This document shows positions 1 to 15,981 of a stretch of DNA of 64,000 nt, in pieces. A program made the position numbers and the translations under genes. Source of the DNA: the human T2T-CHM13v2.0 reference genome, Homo sapiens. Each line of letters starts with the position of its first letter. Positions within the stretch are counted from its first letter, which is position 1. The notes beneath the pieces were generated by a model. That model was given only the letters and a program-made list of their open reading frames with translations, did not search any database and was not told the origin of the DNA. The stretch lies in assembly GCF_009914755.1 (NCBI RefSeq), contig NC_060926.1; one strand, given 5' to 3'.

Positions 1-400
<400 letters not shown>

Positions 401-680
401 TATGGGATGCCTTTATGTCTTGCTGGAGAATGCATGCCCCGAGGACAGCAAGGCTGGTCGTTGAAATTACTCTTCTGTAATTGATCTTTGAGCTGTACTC
501 TCCGCCCCTCCATTGGTCATGCTTGTAAGGGATGGAGAGAAATATGCTTACTTCTATGCTGGCATAAGAATCAAAACCCTGAGAAGTTCTAAACTAATGG
601 AGAGCATGGGGATTAGAAAGGTAATTGAGGTTTCTATATAAGAAACCAGAAAGATAGGAGAGTTTTTGTAAACATGAAGG

Positions 681-920
681 TGTTACAGGAAGGGGGTCCC
701 CATCCAGATGCCTAGAGAGGGTTCTTGGATCTCACACAAGAGTTAAGGGTGAGTCCATAAAGTGAAAGTGAAGGAATAAAAGAATGACTACTCCATACAC
801 ACAGGGCTGCTGGTTGCCCATTTTTATGGTTATTTCTTGATTATATGCTAAACAAGGGGTGGCTTATTTTACCCAGCTCCTATTCAAGATGGAGTTCCTC
901 TGGTTCACACGCCTCTGACA
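681..920 (-). mobile_element. MER41-family ERV1 solo LTR, internally deleted
   Basis: TG...CA ends, 4-bp TSD AAGG (677-680, 921-924). Minus strand begins TGTCAGAGGCGTGTGAACCAGAG...CTCCATCTTGAATAGG as in MER41. Confidence 0.85.
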
Positions 921-974
921 AAGGGACCCAGGGCTTATTCCACAGAGGAGTGATAAATGTATTTGCATGGAATC

Positions 975-1288
975 TTTTTCTTTTTCTTTTTCTTTTTTTT
1001 TTAAGACAGGGTTTTGCTCTGTCGCCCAGGCTGGAGTGCAGTGGTATGATCATGGCTCATTGAAGCCTTGACCTCCTGGGCACACATGATTCCTCCCACT
1101 TTGGCCTCTTGAATAGCTGAAACTAGAGGTGTGCGCCACCATGCCCAGCTAATTTTTAAATTTTCTTTAATAGAGATGGAGTCTTGCTTTGTTGCCCAAG
1201 CTGGTCTTGAACTCCTGATATCAAAGAATCCTCCTGCCTTGGCCTCCCAAATTGCTGGGATTACAGGTATAAGCCACTGGTCCAGCCC
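975..1288 (-). mobile_element. Alu (J-like)
   Basis: Poly-T then antisense Alu; ATTTGCATG repeated on both flanks (TSD). Confidence 0.93.
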
Positions 1289-3032
1289 ATTTGCATGATT
1301 CTTACTTATGCTAAATTTGTATTTTGATAAGTAAGGCTTCTGGAAGAGAGAAGACAGGGAGATGAGTAGGAGAGTGAGTACTTTTTAAAGAGATTTCAGA
1401 GGCCAGGAAGTGCGATCTGGTTCTGGAATAAATTTGCTTGTGCATAGTTGCCTTGCCTATGAATGGGAGGAGGTAGAAGTGGTGGATGCACTCAGGGACT
1501 TACATGAAATAGGATGTGAGGAGTTGTTCTTTGTTAAAAGTCACTGTCTATAATGGGAGCCCTACAAGGACATCTAAGAATTCATCTGAGCCAGATAAGT
1601 TGCAGCAGTCAGGTACAAACAAAGGTCAGCAAACTTTGAGAAGTGGCAAATTTAGTTTTTGTTTGCTAGCAGTAAGTACATTTTGTTGTGTAGCAATTAC
1701 ATCTGTCAGTTCTAGGCAAAATTTTCCCAAGTACCTATTACTCTTGGGAGTTTTAGACCCAAATATTCATCTGTGCTGTTTTCTGAGTAGATGTTCCGTC
1801 AAGATCTCAAATTTTCTTAGTTGCAAGCTGAGCTTCTCTTCTTCCTTAAACCTGCTTCTCTTTCTAGATCTTAATATTGAAATCTTGGGGTCATTTTCCA
1901 GCTGCCCGAACTAAAACCACTTATTGTGTTCAGTCTCTTCCTGCTGCCTCCTGTAATCGGTTGTCAGGTCTTGTCATGCTGTCTAATTGAGTGCTGTCCT
2001 TAGACAGTTGTGCAAAACATCAGTCTCTAGATTTGCACTCTTTAATGTTGCCTTAAACCAGGCTCTTCTCTCACATGGGATCTATTTCATTGCCCTCTAA
2101 TTGGTCTCTCTGTCTTCGTAAGCTTCAACACTAAAAATCTACTTGAACAGTCTTTACAGAACGTTAGACAAAACATCTTACTTCCTTAATCTACAGCCTC
2201 TACTCCCCGTTGCCAACAGGATATCACAGAAATATTTTACTTCACGTGTACACAGTCTTCCTCTCTCTTCCCTCTGGACTTCTTTTTAAACACCATTTCT
2301 AGCTGTACATCATCTCCAGCCAAACGAGATAACTATTTGTATGCCTAGAACGTACCATGATGCTCCCCTTTCTCCACCAATTGTCTTTCTCTATAACGTT
2401 CCCTACTCACTCCCCTCCAAATTTTTTCCCCTTCAAGACCCTTCTCCAAAATCCTGTCTTCACTGAAGCCTTCTTTAATTCTTTTAGTCAGAGTCAATTT
2501 CTTGCAACATTAAAATGATATAGCACCTTGCTTTTTTTTTCTATCAGACTATAACACTCAGTATAGCACAACTAGTTATAAGACAGAGTGCAGAGTTACA
2601 AGACACACTTTGATATTTAATCCTACAGATAGATTAATTGCTTGTGGGCAGTTAGTTGATAAACTCACAGATATATTTAGTTGAGCACCATTTGTTTAGG
2701 TTTTGCCAACTGAGCTGGTGTTCTCCTTGCAAGAATTAGAGCTAGCTCTGGTCTATGTCAATGCAGCAGCTGGTCCTGAGTAAGCATATATGTGATTTAA
2801 TTAAAAGGCTATAAAACATGGATTTGAAGCTATGATAAATAAGCTAATTCTATTTTTTAAAATTTTTTCACCTCTGGTTTCCTTGAACATTTATTGCAGA
2901 AGTTAGTAAAGATTTGTGTATATTTTTGGTCCCCTTCTTTGCTAGTTTTCTAGTAAAGCTGTTACTTAGAAGGAAATAATCTTTTTTTTTTGTTTGTAAT
3001 CATTGTGAAAACGTTTCTCCTTACAATGGTAA

Positions 3033-3412
<380 letters not shown>

Positions 3413-3649
3413 TAAAACAAAGGTCTTACATTACCTGGCAGAAGATTACTAGTAGATACTTTGCTAGAGACTTCTTCATTGCCTTGGAGATTAACCCAAA
3501 TGCCAAGGGACTGAACATTTGGGTGACTTTGAGAATAGGGCCTTCTTTTGGGAGTGACAACAAAATATGGTATAGCTTTTGGGGAGAAGTTGCCTTTTGA
3601 GACCAAAGGCAGGACAGAACCACCAGGGCTCAAGAACATAAACTCAGTC

Positions 3650-3800
3650 TTGTTTTCTCACTTAGTAGGCAGTGACTTTGGGGAAATCCCCCATTTCCTC
3701 TGAGCTACCACTGCCCCTTTTATGAAATTAGATGTTGTGAGGGTGAAATGAGCTGATGTGTATAAAGAATTAAAAGCACAGTACCTGTTACCTAGTAAAT
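3650..3800 (+). mobile_element. MIR fragment
   Basis: Degenerate MIR core (GTTGTGAGGGTGAAATGAG...AGCACAGTACCTG...TAGTAAAT). Confidence 0.6.
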
Positions 3801-4299
3801 AATAAATGGTGGTGATTATTATTGTAACATTCATAACAATAACAACACTCATAATGATAATCTTAGGAAAGTCAAATGAAACTGGCTGATTCTTGCCTTT
3901 GACTTTGAGCTAGCCAGATGACCGTACAGAAGGATTTGATCACAGTAGAAATAATGAGCCCCCAAGCATACATTATTTTTTTAAATTATGGAAAAAGGAA
4001 AACTCTTTATTGATTATAGTTGATATTATTGCTAACTCTGCAAGATGACATGAGAATGTAGTTTTTTGATAGTATTAGTGGCTCATTGGGAAAATGCATG
4101 AAAATATCTTCCTTTGCAAGTTTTGGTCTCTGACAAATCAAATTAAAACAATACTATCAGGTAGGCAGGGAACATAGGGACCCACACATTTGGAAATACT
4201 AGCTTCAAACTTAACTGGCTGAATGAACACCTCTGAGAATGAAACATTTTCATTGACTGTGTTGTATATAACTTCCCTGAGTTGGCCATGTTGATGTGT

Positions 4300-4426
4300 G
4301 GTATCCTTTGTGAGGTCAACAATGACATTATCAACAAGACAGAAGCAATGATAAGTCAATCAGTCACAACACTCATATCCTAGGGACCACCACACTGCTA
4401 TGAGTCAGGCATGTGCGTTGTTTAAG
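4300..4426 (+). promoter_or_regulatory. GPD2: Candidate testis-specific promoter C and non-coding exon 1c of GPD2
   Basis: TGAGGTCA (CRE-like/nuclear receptor half-site) at 4311-4318, initiator-like TCAGTC with A at 4362 (51 nt from the start of the site), donor AAG|GTAAAT at 4426/4427, all in non-repeat DNA. Agrees with my recollection of a CREMtau/GCNF-regulated mGPDH promoter C. Confidence 0.65.
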
Positions 4427-4829
4427 GTAAATAGTAAATAGAACTAGGACTTTATTCTCTGTCTCCAGTTGTCAGAGGAACCCAGTTAGCCTTGAGATAG
4501 CATGCTATCTCTTGGCTGCTAGGGCTTACATTGTTGTGTGATAGGCACCCATGTGAATGTTTACAACAGTACATTGATTGGTGATAGTGAGCTATGACAA
4601 ATGGGTACCTGCTAAGTTAGGGTTTTTACTATCCCAGCAACCTAGGATATAAGGTTTTGCCTAGGGTTGACTGAATGATGAATGGTGGCCCCTAGCCAGC
4701 ATACACCAACTTTCCTGCATAATTTGGGAAAGAGAAGATGGTTGATATAGCAAGGGACAGTAAAGAAGAGACCTCCAGCAGCAGAGTACATATGCTTGTG
4801 AAATATTTTCCTAGTAAGAATCATTAAAA

Positions 4830-4920
4830 TTTTTTTTAGAGACAGAGTCTTGTTCTGTCTCCCAGGCTGGAGTGCAGTGGCACAATTGCAGCTCACTACA
4901 AGCTCAAACTCCTGGGCTCT
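4830..4920 (-). mobile_element. Truncated Alu fragment
   Basis: AGAGACAGAGTCTTG...CCCAGGCTGGAGTGCAGTGG. Confidence 0.85.
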
Positions 4921-5627
4921 AATCCTGGGAAGAATCTTAATTAAAAAGATAAAGTTTAGAATTTAGGAGTTTGTCAGGAAGAATGAGATCAGAAGAAAAA
5001 AATTTTAAAAATGCCACCACATATCAGTATATAATTTATAGTATCCTAAAATGAGTTTTCTATAGGATCATAGTTATCAACTATATTGCAATTCTTTATT
5101 TAGGATAGTATGATAATAGATACAGTTTATTCAGTATGGACCCAAATATTTAACCGTATCATAATTTATGTTGAGATACTGTTTTTTTAGTATCCTAAGT
5201 TAAAACTACCTTCATAATAAATTGTTTTCTTGAGTTGTGAGCTATCAGTAGAATGTAACGTGTGTTGTCCAGACAGGCCAGTGCTCCACCCCTACAAGGA
5301 AATAGGGTAGTGGCTTCCCTGTTTCCCTGCTTTTGTGAATGTAAAGTCTTAGGCAGGTCAAATTACTCAACTCTAGAATTTTTTTTAGTTGATCACACAG
5401 GATTATCTTTTTACGTTTAACAGTAAAAGCGGACAAAAGGATTTTTGATGGAATTTTCATTTTTATGCAATCTTCTTAGTTTCTGAAAGAGTTAAAGAAT
5501 AATTTTTAAGTCCTCATCAAAACTTTAGAAAATTCCATTATCAGTCCAGTAGTGGAAAACAAGTGAGAGGAAAGAAAGTTAAGAGCTAAGACAATGCAGA
5601 ACTTGAGAAATATTCAGTGGAGCAGAG

Positions 5628-5925
5628 TGTGGGGTGGCTCATGTTTGTAATCCTAGCACTTTGGGAAGCCAAGGTAGGAGATTGCTTGAGTCCAGTTTGG
5701 GCAACATAGCAAGACCTTGTCTCTACAGAAAAAAAAAAAAGAAGAAGAAAGAAAGAAAAAAAAATAGCCATGCATGGCGGCATGCACTTGGTAGTATCAG
5801 CTACTTGGGAGAATCACTTGCCCAGGAGTTTGATTTTATAGTTTGCTATGATTGAGCCACTGCACTCTGGCCTGGGTGACAGAGCCAGACTCAGTCTCTA
5901 CAAAAAGAGAGAAAGAAAAAAATAT
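5628..5925 (+). mobile_element. Alu (J-like, diverged)
   Basis: GGTGGCTCATGTTTGTAATCCTAGCACTTTGGG, expanded central A-tract, A-rich tail. Confidence 0.9.
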
Positions 5926-6103
5926 AAATACAGAGAGCACAAATATACAGTGAGTGCTTGATCTGGAGGGTTTTCTCTTAAAATTTTGGTGTCATGCAAC
6001 TCTGGCTAGAAGAAAACTTTTTCTGTTAAGTTCCCCTAATGAAAGGAATTACAGCAGGTTAAATTGGTCAGTTTGTGAAAGTCTTAAGGCATAATACCTC
6101 TGA

Positions 6104-6421
<318 letters not shown>

Positions 6422-6894
6422 TGAATTAAACACTTGCCAAAGAACCTGAAGCAAGCTGATGTTTATTGTCTTGTTGAGTGACCCAAGACTTCTTTCTGCT
6501 GGTTCTCCTTGAGGAGAGGATTAGGTGTTGAGCAAATTTACAAGTATAGCATGCAGTTTTGTTAAATACCCAATGACATTTCTTTTCACAGTTCTTTTGA
6601 CTTTATACTGTTTAAATATCCTCAGTTATCTCTTAATTTGCTTTTCTTTCTTTAATTCCTGTCGAACCAGAAAGTAACTTTTATGTGATCAATTCCCTTG
6701 TCTAGAATTTTTTGGCTATTTATTTTGAGTTGCAGTATACACATTGGTTTGTTAGTAATTTCCTTATTTTATGTTTTCTTTTCTAGTTTAACATGGTTTC
6801 ATAATCTACACAGTGTCTTATTATTGGGATGGTTATGCGATAACTATCCCAATTAACTTCTTTTTGTTTCTTATTTTTCTTTGTAGGCTAAGAA

Positions 6895-6996
6895 ATGGCA
6901 TTTCAAAAGGCAGTGAAAGGGACGATTCTTGTTGGAGGAGGTGCTCTTGCAACTGTTTTAGGACTTTCTCAGTTTGCTCATTACAGAAGGAAACAA
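6895..6996 (+). CDS. GPD2: GPD2 first coding exon (exon 2; exon begins at 6887), MAFQKAVKGTILVGGGALATVLGLSQFAHYRRKQ
   Basis: Polypyrimidine tract and TAG acceptor ending 6886, ATG at 6895, donor CAA|GTAAGT at 6996/6997. The 34 codons match the recalled N-terminus (mitochondrial presequence) of human GPD2. Confidence 0.97.
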
Positions 6997-7835
6997 GTAA
7001 GTAACTGTACTTGTGTTGATTACAGTATGCAACTTAAATCTGCTAAAGAGCTGTCTATGGGGAATGTGTGCACTAACGGTTTTGTTTAGAAATTACTTGT
7101 GAAGTTTCTCAGTTTGATCTGAAAGATACTAATTTAGAACAGTGCCTTAATGATCCTGGAGAACTGTGTGTATCTCCTTTTTTAAAAAGTGAATTTCTTT
7201 TTCAGGAAGCATTATTTAGCCTGTGTTTTGGCTCTTTGGTTTTTAAAAGACTGCTTCATTTATAAGTGCCAGGATTTCTTCATTTAGACTTTCCTTGTCT
7301 AATTCATCGAAATGTCTGGATACCTTCTATGTTCCTGCCAAAAGTTTGTCTTATTAGAAGGCAGGCAGCTGAGAAAGGAAATGGAAAAGAAAAGGCCCAA
7401 CTGAATCCTGGTTTTATTTCTTCAAGGTTTAGTTACTTATGAAGTATTACTTTGTGTTAGGTAAAAATTTAAATGAAGGAAAGCCAGGAAAATGAGATTG
7501 GTAAGAAGTTTCCAAATATTATGAGGTGTTCAGTTTGTTTTCTTTTTTTTTCTCTTTACCTTACAACTGTGACTTCCCATAGTTCAAACTGATGCCCGGA
7601 AATAATTTTGCTGAATGGCTTTGTTCTTTTCAGGCTTGAAATGCTGGCAACCACCGTAGTAGTTAGTATCAGTCTCTTGTTCCCCCATCCCATGTCATTA
7701 GGACATTTTGTGATACTAGCTGTGTAGTGCATTTCTTTCTCAAAGATGAAGGTGAAGGAATTTGGCAAACAATTTGTAACTGAGTGATTCATTTTTCACA
7801 TTTTTGTGGCTGCCTTTAAGCCATGGTTTGTCTTA

Positions 7836-8248
<413 letters not shown>

Positions 8249-11200
8249 TCACATATTAGGAAGAATTAGTATGCTGGCCTATCATTAAAAAACCCAACAA
8301 GCCAATTTTTATGTGATTCTTGCTAAAGATGGGTGATACCGAAAGTCTTTTGATTAGCAATAGTCTTTTGATTAGTGTTAGTCTTTTTCTGCATTCTGAA
8401 CTGTGAGGACATCACTCTCAATGCATGTATGTTGCAGTTTTTATTTTTTGAATTGACACATAATCATTATACATATTGATTGGGTTCATAGTGGAGTTTT
8501 GATACGTACAATGGTATTATTAATTCACTGACTTGGTATTGAAACTCTTCCTCATCCATTGATCATGCTTGATGTACTATTTCTTTTAAAAGATTGCCTT
8601 GGTTCCTTAAAAGCAAGTGTGAAAAGATGTGGCTTCTGCTGAGGCTATTTCAGAAGTGCACTTCTGTTTGGGACATGGGCATTAAGGGATTAGATTACTT
8701 CTGCCATCTTTACTGGTGCTATCTGAAATGATACTGAAAAATGCCGATGCCAAAGGTCACAATATCTAATATGATGAGTTGTTGCTAAATTTATATGTGG
8801 TTTATATCTTTTAACCACAGTAAGCATGTTCTACTTCAGAGTTTATAGCTTAAATTTGTACCTAGGTAACACTGTTTTATCCCTTTTTTTGGTTTGATTT
8901 CTCTCTAATAATTGATCTTAAAGAATAGAATAAACAGAAGAGACTCTGGCCCCAAGCAGTCAAGTTATAGGTGGATTTTATTCAGTAAAATCAAGGCAAA
9001 ATAAAGACCTATTGATTCCTGGGACATTTTGTCATTTTATCTTTCCTGAGTTAGACATCCTGACCACCCTAATAGCCAAATGAAATGGATAGCAGCAGCT
9101 TGAAGTCATTTATAATTTTAACCTGACAAGTTCTGTTGTAAAAGATTACTACAGGCATATGCAATCAATGAGTTGCATAAGAAATCCAACTATGTGCATT
9201 TCTTTTCTGGTGATTCCTGTCCCTTTAAGATACTGCCATTAGCATGTATTTGGGGGGTAGCAGGTGCGATGTAGCCATAGGGACTGGCAAAAAATAATAA
9301 TAATAATAAAAAATAAAAGCAAGAATGAGAAGAGGAAACAACCTATTCCAGACATTGACATAAAATGACCACAGGCCTCCATTAACTCAGCTGTCCTCTC
9401 TCAGAAAATATCTGCCAATAAGAGCCATTCTAGCGGGGGGGAATTTTCCTGACTTCAATAGTCAAAAAAAAATCTGCCCTTTGAGATACATTAATTGGCT
9501 ACACTTTTGTTTGTAGAAGCTGGGGCCTTAAATGTGACTAGGTATGCTCCATTTTTCTGCAGAGTGATGTTTAAGTATTGGCTTGTTACAGGTATATTTA
9601 CCTACTGTATTTTTGTATTTTTTCTAGTTTCCTAAGAAGATTCCAACTGATAAACTGCCGTTTATTAAGAATAAGTTAGTTTTGAAACCCCAAGTTCCTG
9701 ATGTCCTAGAGAGCCACCTATTGACTTTGGTTCTGGCACATTTTGCTGTGTTCTTGCATGCTCTGTCTTCCTGGCCCCTGGCTTGTGCCATTTGGTACTC
9801 CCAGGACAAAGCTTCTTCCCTGAAATAAAAGCAGGGGCTATATTCTAAATACAAATGGATTGAATATAAAAGTTGGTACATTGTTAAAACATGTTTGGTG
9901 ATAAGATAGTACTATGAGTGTTTAGGTGCCAGGTCAGCTCCTGAAAACCTTTGAGTCAATTCTGTAGTTAAATTACCTTATATATGTAAAGAAAACAATT
10001 GTATATTCTTTAAAAATTAATTAAACATAAGACAGATTGAAATTGAATAAGATGTGGTTTCACTTACCTTTAATGCAGTTGCCTGAATCAGAGCCATTGT
10101 AGGTGGGAGAATAGAGGCCTCCATGGAGACTGGTGTTTCTGGGAGCAGGTTAGGGGTTAGAGGTGGTAGCAATGATGCTTTTGTCTCACTCTACTTCATA
10201 GTATGGCTTTTCTTCATACAAGCATATTAACAATGCTATTACTTAGGTTTATCAATGATGAATAGTGCCCACTGTTGAGCCAAGTGAACTCTAGAGGTTT
10301 ATTATTTTTATTTTCTAAGGGAAACAGGTCAGATTTAGAAGAGATAGAGGAATGTGAGGGTTGTTATAGCCTAAGGAGAGGGCAATTATTATTATTATTC
10401 TTTTGGAGCTGAGCAGCCTAAATCTTCAATTCCAACCAAGGAAGTTGATGAGGAAAGGAGATGAAGGTTGGCTGACTTCTTTTGCTTGTGTCCACCTGCA
10501 GAGGTTTGTGGCCACAGATAACATCCACATTCCAGGCCTTCCTCAGTTAAGCATCTGAGGGCTTTTAGCGTGGTCTTAGAGTGGCTTCTTCTTCATTTTC
10601 TTGTCCCCTTTTCTTTATTTTCCACCCATAAGCAGGTGACAGTTTCCACAAAGGGAGCTTGAGTTTTCTTCTCCCCAGACCAGCTGTATGCCAAGGAACA
10701 AGAGTCTTAGTACTGCGATATAAGCATTTTACCACTCAAAGAAACCAACCCCACTGGGAATGGAGCAAGCAGAGACACTCTGTGGTGGTGTGGAGATTTT
10801 TTAGATCAAGTTGATTGTGATTCACTATTTAGTATAGGTTGGTTTAATAATACACTTTTAATTGGATGAAACTTGGAGGTCATCTTATCCAGTCTAAGGT
10901 CTACTGAAAGGAAGTAGCACTTCATAGAGGAGTCTCCTTTTTCTAATTCCAGGCTGGTGGGAGAATGGAGTAGATGAAGAGGGAAATTTAAATTAGGAAA
11001 AGGGGTCATGGGATACTTTTAGAACAAGTAAACCTTTTTGAGCAACAGCAGTAGAGAGCATTAAAGTCAGGGCTCCATGAGGAGTCCTCAGGAAGATGGG
11101 AAGGTTGGGATGGGAGTGGCCAGGGAGAATGAAACAAGAATAGAGTGGGAAGGAGTACAGGGATTTCACACGGGGCTACCCTAGTCTTTTTTCTTTTCAT

Positions 11201-11556
11201 TATAGCCCAACGGCACTGTTTAACACTTTTTTTTTTAAGTTAACATTTATTTCATACCTTCTAGGTCCTAACTGGAAAAACTGATGTGATGATGTAGGCT
11301 TTTCTTTAACCTCAGTGATGTGGTTGATATGACAAAAATCTATTCGGGTCAGAAGAGTGGTCTTTCTCACATAACACATTCTAGGTTTGTTCCTTCCATG
11401 ACCTGGTCTGAAGGTGTGGTGGCTTTGTGAGCCGAGGTAAAACTTGAGAACCACTGAGAGCTTTCTCAAAGCCCGGATGTGAAAATTTTTTTCCCCCCTG
11501 CACCATAAATAGGCAAGGAGTGAGCTTCAGAATATGAAAATCAAGATCTCTCTCTC

Positions 11557-11708
11557 TTTTTTTTTTTTTTTTTCCTGAGATGGAGTTTCACTCTTGTTGC
11601 CCAGGCTGGAGTGCCAGGGGCATGATCTCAGCTCATTGCAACCTCTGCCTCCTGGGTTCAAGCGATTCTCCTGCCTCAGCCTCCCAAGTAGCTGGGATTA
11701 CAAGCACC
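11557..11708 (-). mobile_element. Alu right arm (5' truncated)
   Basis: Poly-T followed by GAGATGGAGTTTCACTCTTGTTGCCCAGGCTGG. Confidence 0.9.
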
Positions 11709-11924
11709 CTGATTCTAAGAAGATCATTCCTCCTAAGGTCTCTTTTTAATGGGAGGAATTATCTTCTTAGAATCAGGGAAGTAAGAAATTCTCATTGATT
11801 GGTGTGCCATTCATAAGCAACGGAACAAAAAGGCCAAGAGCGTTATCTTTAGAGCAGTCTCTGCAGACTGCCTGCATCTAACACCTAGCTGTACTTTTCT
11901 TTTTTGAGGTATGTTTCCTTACCT

Positions 11925-12680
11925 TTATTTATTTACATATTTATTCCTTTATTTTTGTTTGACATGTCATAATTGTACATATTTATGGAATGCAGAATGA
12001 TATTTCTGTGCATGTATACAACATGTAACGATCAAATCAGGGTAATTAGCATATCCATTACCTCAAACATTGATCATTTCTTTGTGTTGTGAACATTAAA
12101 AATCCTCTCTTGTAGCTTTTTGAAAATATACACTAAATTATTGTTAACCATATTCAGCATATAGTGTTACAAAGCCCTAGAACTTATTCCATCTAGCTGT
12201 AACTTTGTGTGTATTAACCAACCTCTCCCTGTCTTCCCCCTCCCCTCCCCTTTCCAGCTTTTAATACCAACAGTTCTACTCTCTATTTCTATGAGCTCAA
12301 TTTATTTTAGCTCCTAGATATGAGTCAGAACATGAAGTATTTGTCTTTCTGTGCCTGACTTATTTCACTTAACATAATGTCCTCCAGGCTCATCTGTGTT
12401 GTTGCAAATGACAGGATTTCATTCTTTTTCTTTTTTTTTTTTTTAAATAGAGATGGGGTCTTGCCATGTTGCTCAGGCTGGTCTTGAACTCCTGAGCTCA
12501 AGTTCACCCACCTCGGCCCCAAAGTGCTGGGGATCACAGACGTGAGTCATTGTGCCCGGCCTATTTCATTCTTTTTAATAACTGAATAGTATTCCATCAT
12601 GTATACATATACCACATTTTCTTTATTCAGTCATCTGTTGATGGACATTTAGGTTGATTCCATATCTTGGCTATTGTGAA
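11925..12680 (-). mobile_element. L1MA-like 3' end with nested Alu monomer (about 12425-12561)
   Basis: L1 3' UTR/ORF2-end motifs (TTATTTCACTTAACATAATGTCCTCCAGG). The nested Alu monomer is flanked by TSD ATTTCATTCTTTTT. Confidence 0.85.
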
Positions 12681-14924
12681 CAGCTAGTTCTGTATCTTTA
12701 TAGCTGAGTGACTATAGGTGATTTTCTTAAATTCTCTCAGCCTCATTTTCTCCCTTCTATGAAATAGGGATAACAGTGGTACTTCCTGCACAGGTTTATT
12801 AAAAAGCAGTGAAGCCTGGGAGAGTTCCTGGAACATAGGAAGCTTTCAAAAAGTGTTACCTCTTATGAGATTCCCAAGGGATATGAATATAAAGTGCGGT
12901 TGTAGTCAGCAAGCAAGTTGCTCTTGTCACTAGAGATCTTGCATTCACGGATACTTTGTTAAAACTTTTGGGATTAGTAGCAAATGATATATCCTTCATT
13001 TTAGGTTATAGAAGAATGGCTCAAAGACAGGTGTACCAACACTCTTCTGTTTTCCTTTCTCCTTGCTTCCGGATCTGAGGATGAGCAAGAATATCAACAC
13101 CAATTGTTGACTTAACCTCTCTAACTGTTATAATAAGTTCCTTGAATTTCCCACTGTTTCTTTCTTTTTTTCTATGTAGGCTTATATGAATTATGGCATA
13201 CTTGATTTATATAACTGATATGTTGCTAAAAAGTTACAAGAATATAGTTCCTTTGATAAATTAATATCAGTGCCATTTATTGGAATTCTGTGGTGAAACA
13301 TTCTTTAAAAACAGGCAATATTAGGGAAAAAAGCTCTAACTTTTTTTGGGGGGGATAAATCTGAATTTTCATATATCATTGTAGCTTGAAATGGAATGCA
13401 ATTAAACTAATTTCTTCTTTCCCAAAGTCAGTGATGTTCAAGCATGTTGATATTATAATAGGTGTTGATGACAGGATCTTCATGATTTGCAAAATAGCCT
13501 CTCACTTTGTAAGAGACATCAATTCTCTATGCTTGTGAGTGGCTTAGGAAATACTATAGTTCACTCTGTTATATGTGTTAATTAAGGGAATATGAAAAAA
13601 AACCCTGATAACAGTGATGTGTTAGGTGAGTTGAAATACAGGTAAGCCTATACTACCTTTGTTAGTGTCAGCAAAACCCAGGAGGAAAAATATTTATGCT
13701 AATGAGAGGCAAAGTGATGCATGGATAATTAAAATCAGCAGGAATTTTGAGAACGTTGTTTTAACTTGTAATTGCAATCTCTCCCTCTCCATACCTTATT
13801 TGTAAGAGCTCTAACGAAGTAGTGCTTTTTGATTAGTAGTACCAATGACTCAAAAGTTTTAAAGGCAGTAGCAAAAGATAAGATTGGACAAGAAGCAAAA
13901 AACAAAAAAAAAACAAAAAACAAAAATAACAAAAAAGAATGATCAACTCTAGTCAAAATAAGATCTAATTTAGGATTTATTTGAATAGACCCCAAATAAA
14001 GCAACATTTAGCTTCCTGAATGTGTCTGTTATGTGAATGTGGCTGGGTTTTGGTGAACCTGTTGTAGCGTGTGTAGGTTATAAAAAATTTCAGAATTCCA
14101 ATTTCTTCATAAAATAAAGATAATGTAACTTTACTTACAGGCTTTTTTCTCTGCCAAGCACTAAGTCAATACATACAAATCAGTGATCACAGTACCTGGC
14201 ACATAGCAGGTCTTCAGTATCTGCTTTACTTCTTTCCCTTCCCCTGAGGTAGGATATGAACATTTGAAATAGACCTAGCCTTGTCAGGCATAATAAGAAA
14301 GATATAACATCAGAGTTTAAAAAAAAATAGCTGAACTTTTGGTTGGCACACTTTTGCTTATATTGATGACTAAACAGATAAACTGGTAGAGGGTAGAGAA
14401 ACTTGAAGTTCAAATGAGTATTTGTTGAAGAGAAATCAAAATCAAAAGCATAGTATCTAAGATATGATGTCAGTTAGGAAACAATTTAATCTTGTGGCAT
14501 CTGCAGGAAAAAAAGAAAATAAAGAAACAATTTAAATTACAAACATTCCACCTTAGCATTGCTTTTCAGCAGTTTCTTTGTTTGAATATAACAATTTGTT
14601 TATCTTTTGAACACCCTTAACATTTTCGATCATTTAACCTCAATTAGAAACATTCTTCAGGTTCTTGAACTAAGGAGGATCTGTGGGTTTGAAATCAGTG
14701 TAACTCTTCCTGAACGTTGATGTAGCTGTAGCTGAAACTATCACATGACACATTTATTTGCTTGCTTGCTTTTTTTTTTTTTTTTTTTTTTTACCAGATT
14801 GCTTTTAACTTTGTAAGTCAATTCAGGCTACTAGACTTTCTTGTTCTCCCAGAGTAAACAATATTCTATCTGCAGAGGCATTTTGCACAGGTTTGTAAGC
14901 AATCTTTCCACTCCCCTCCCCGAC

Positions 14925-15981
<1,057 letters not shown>

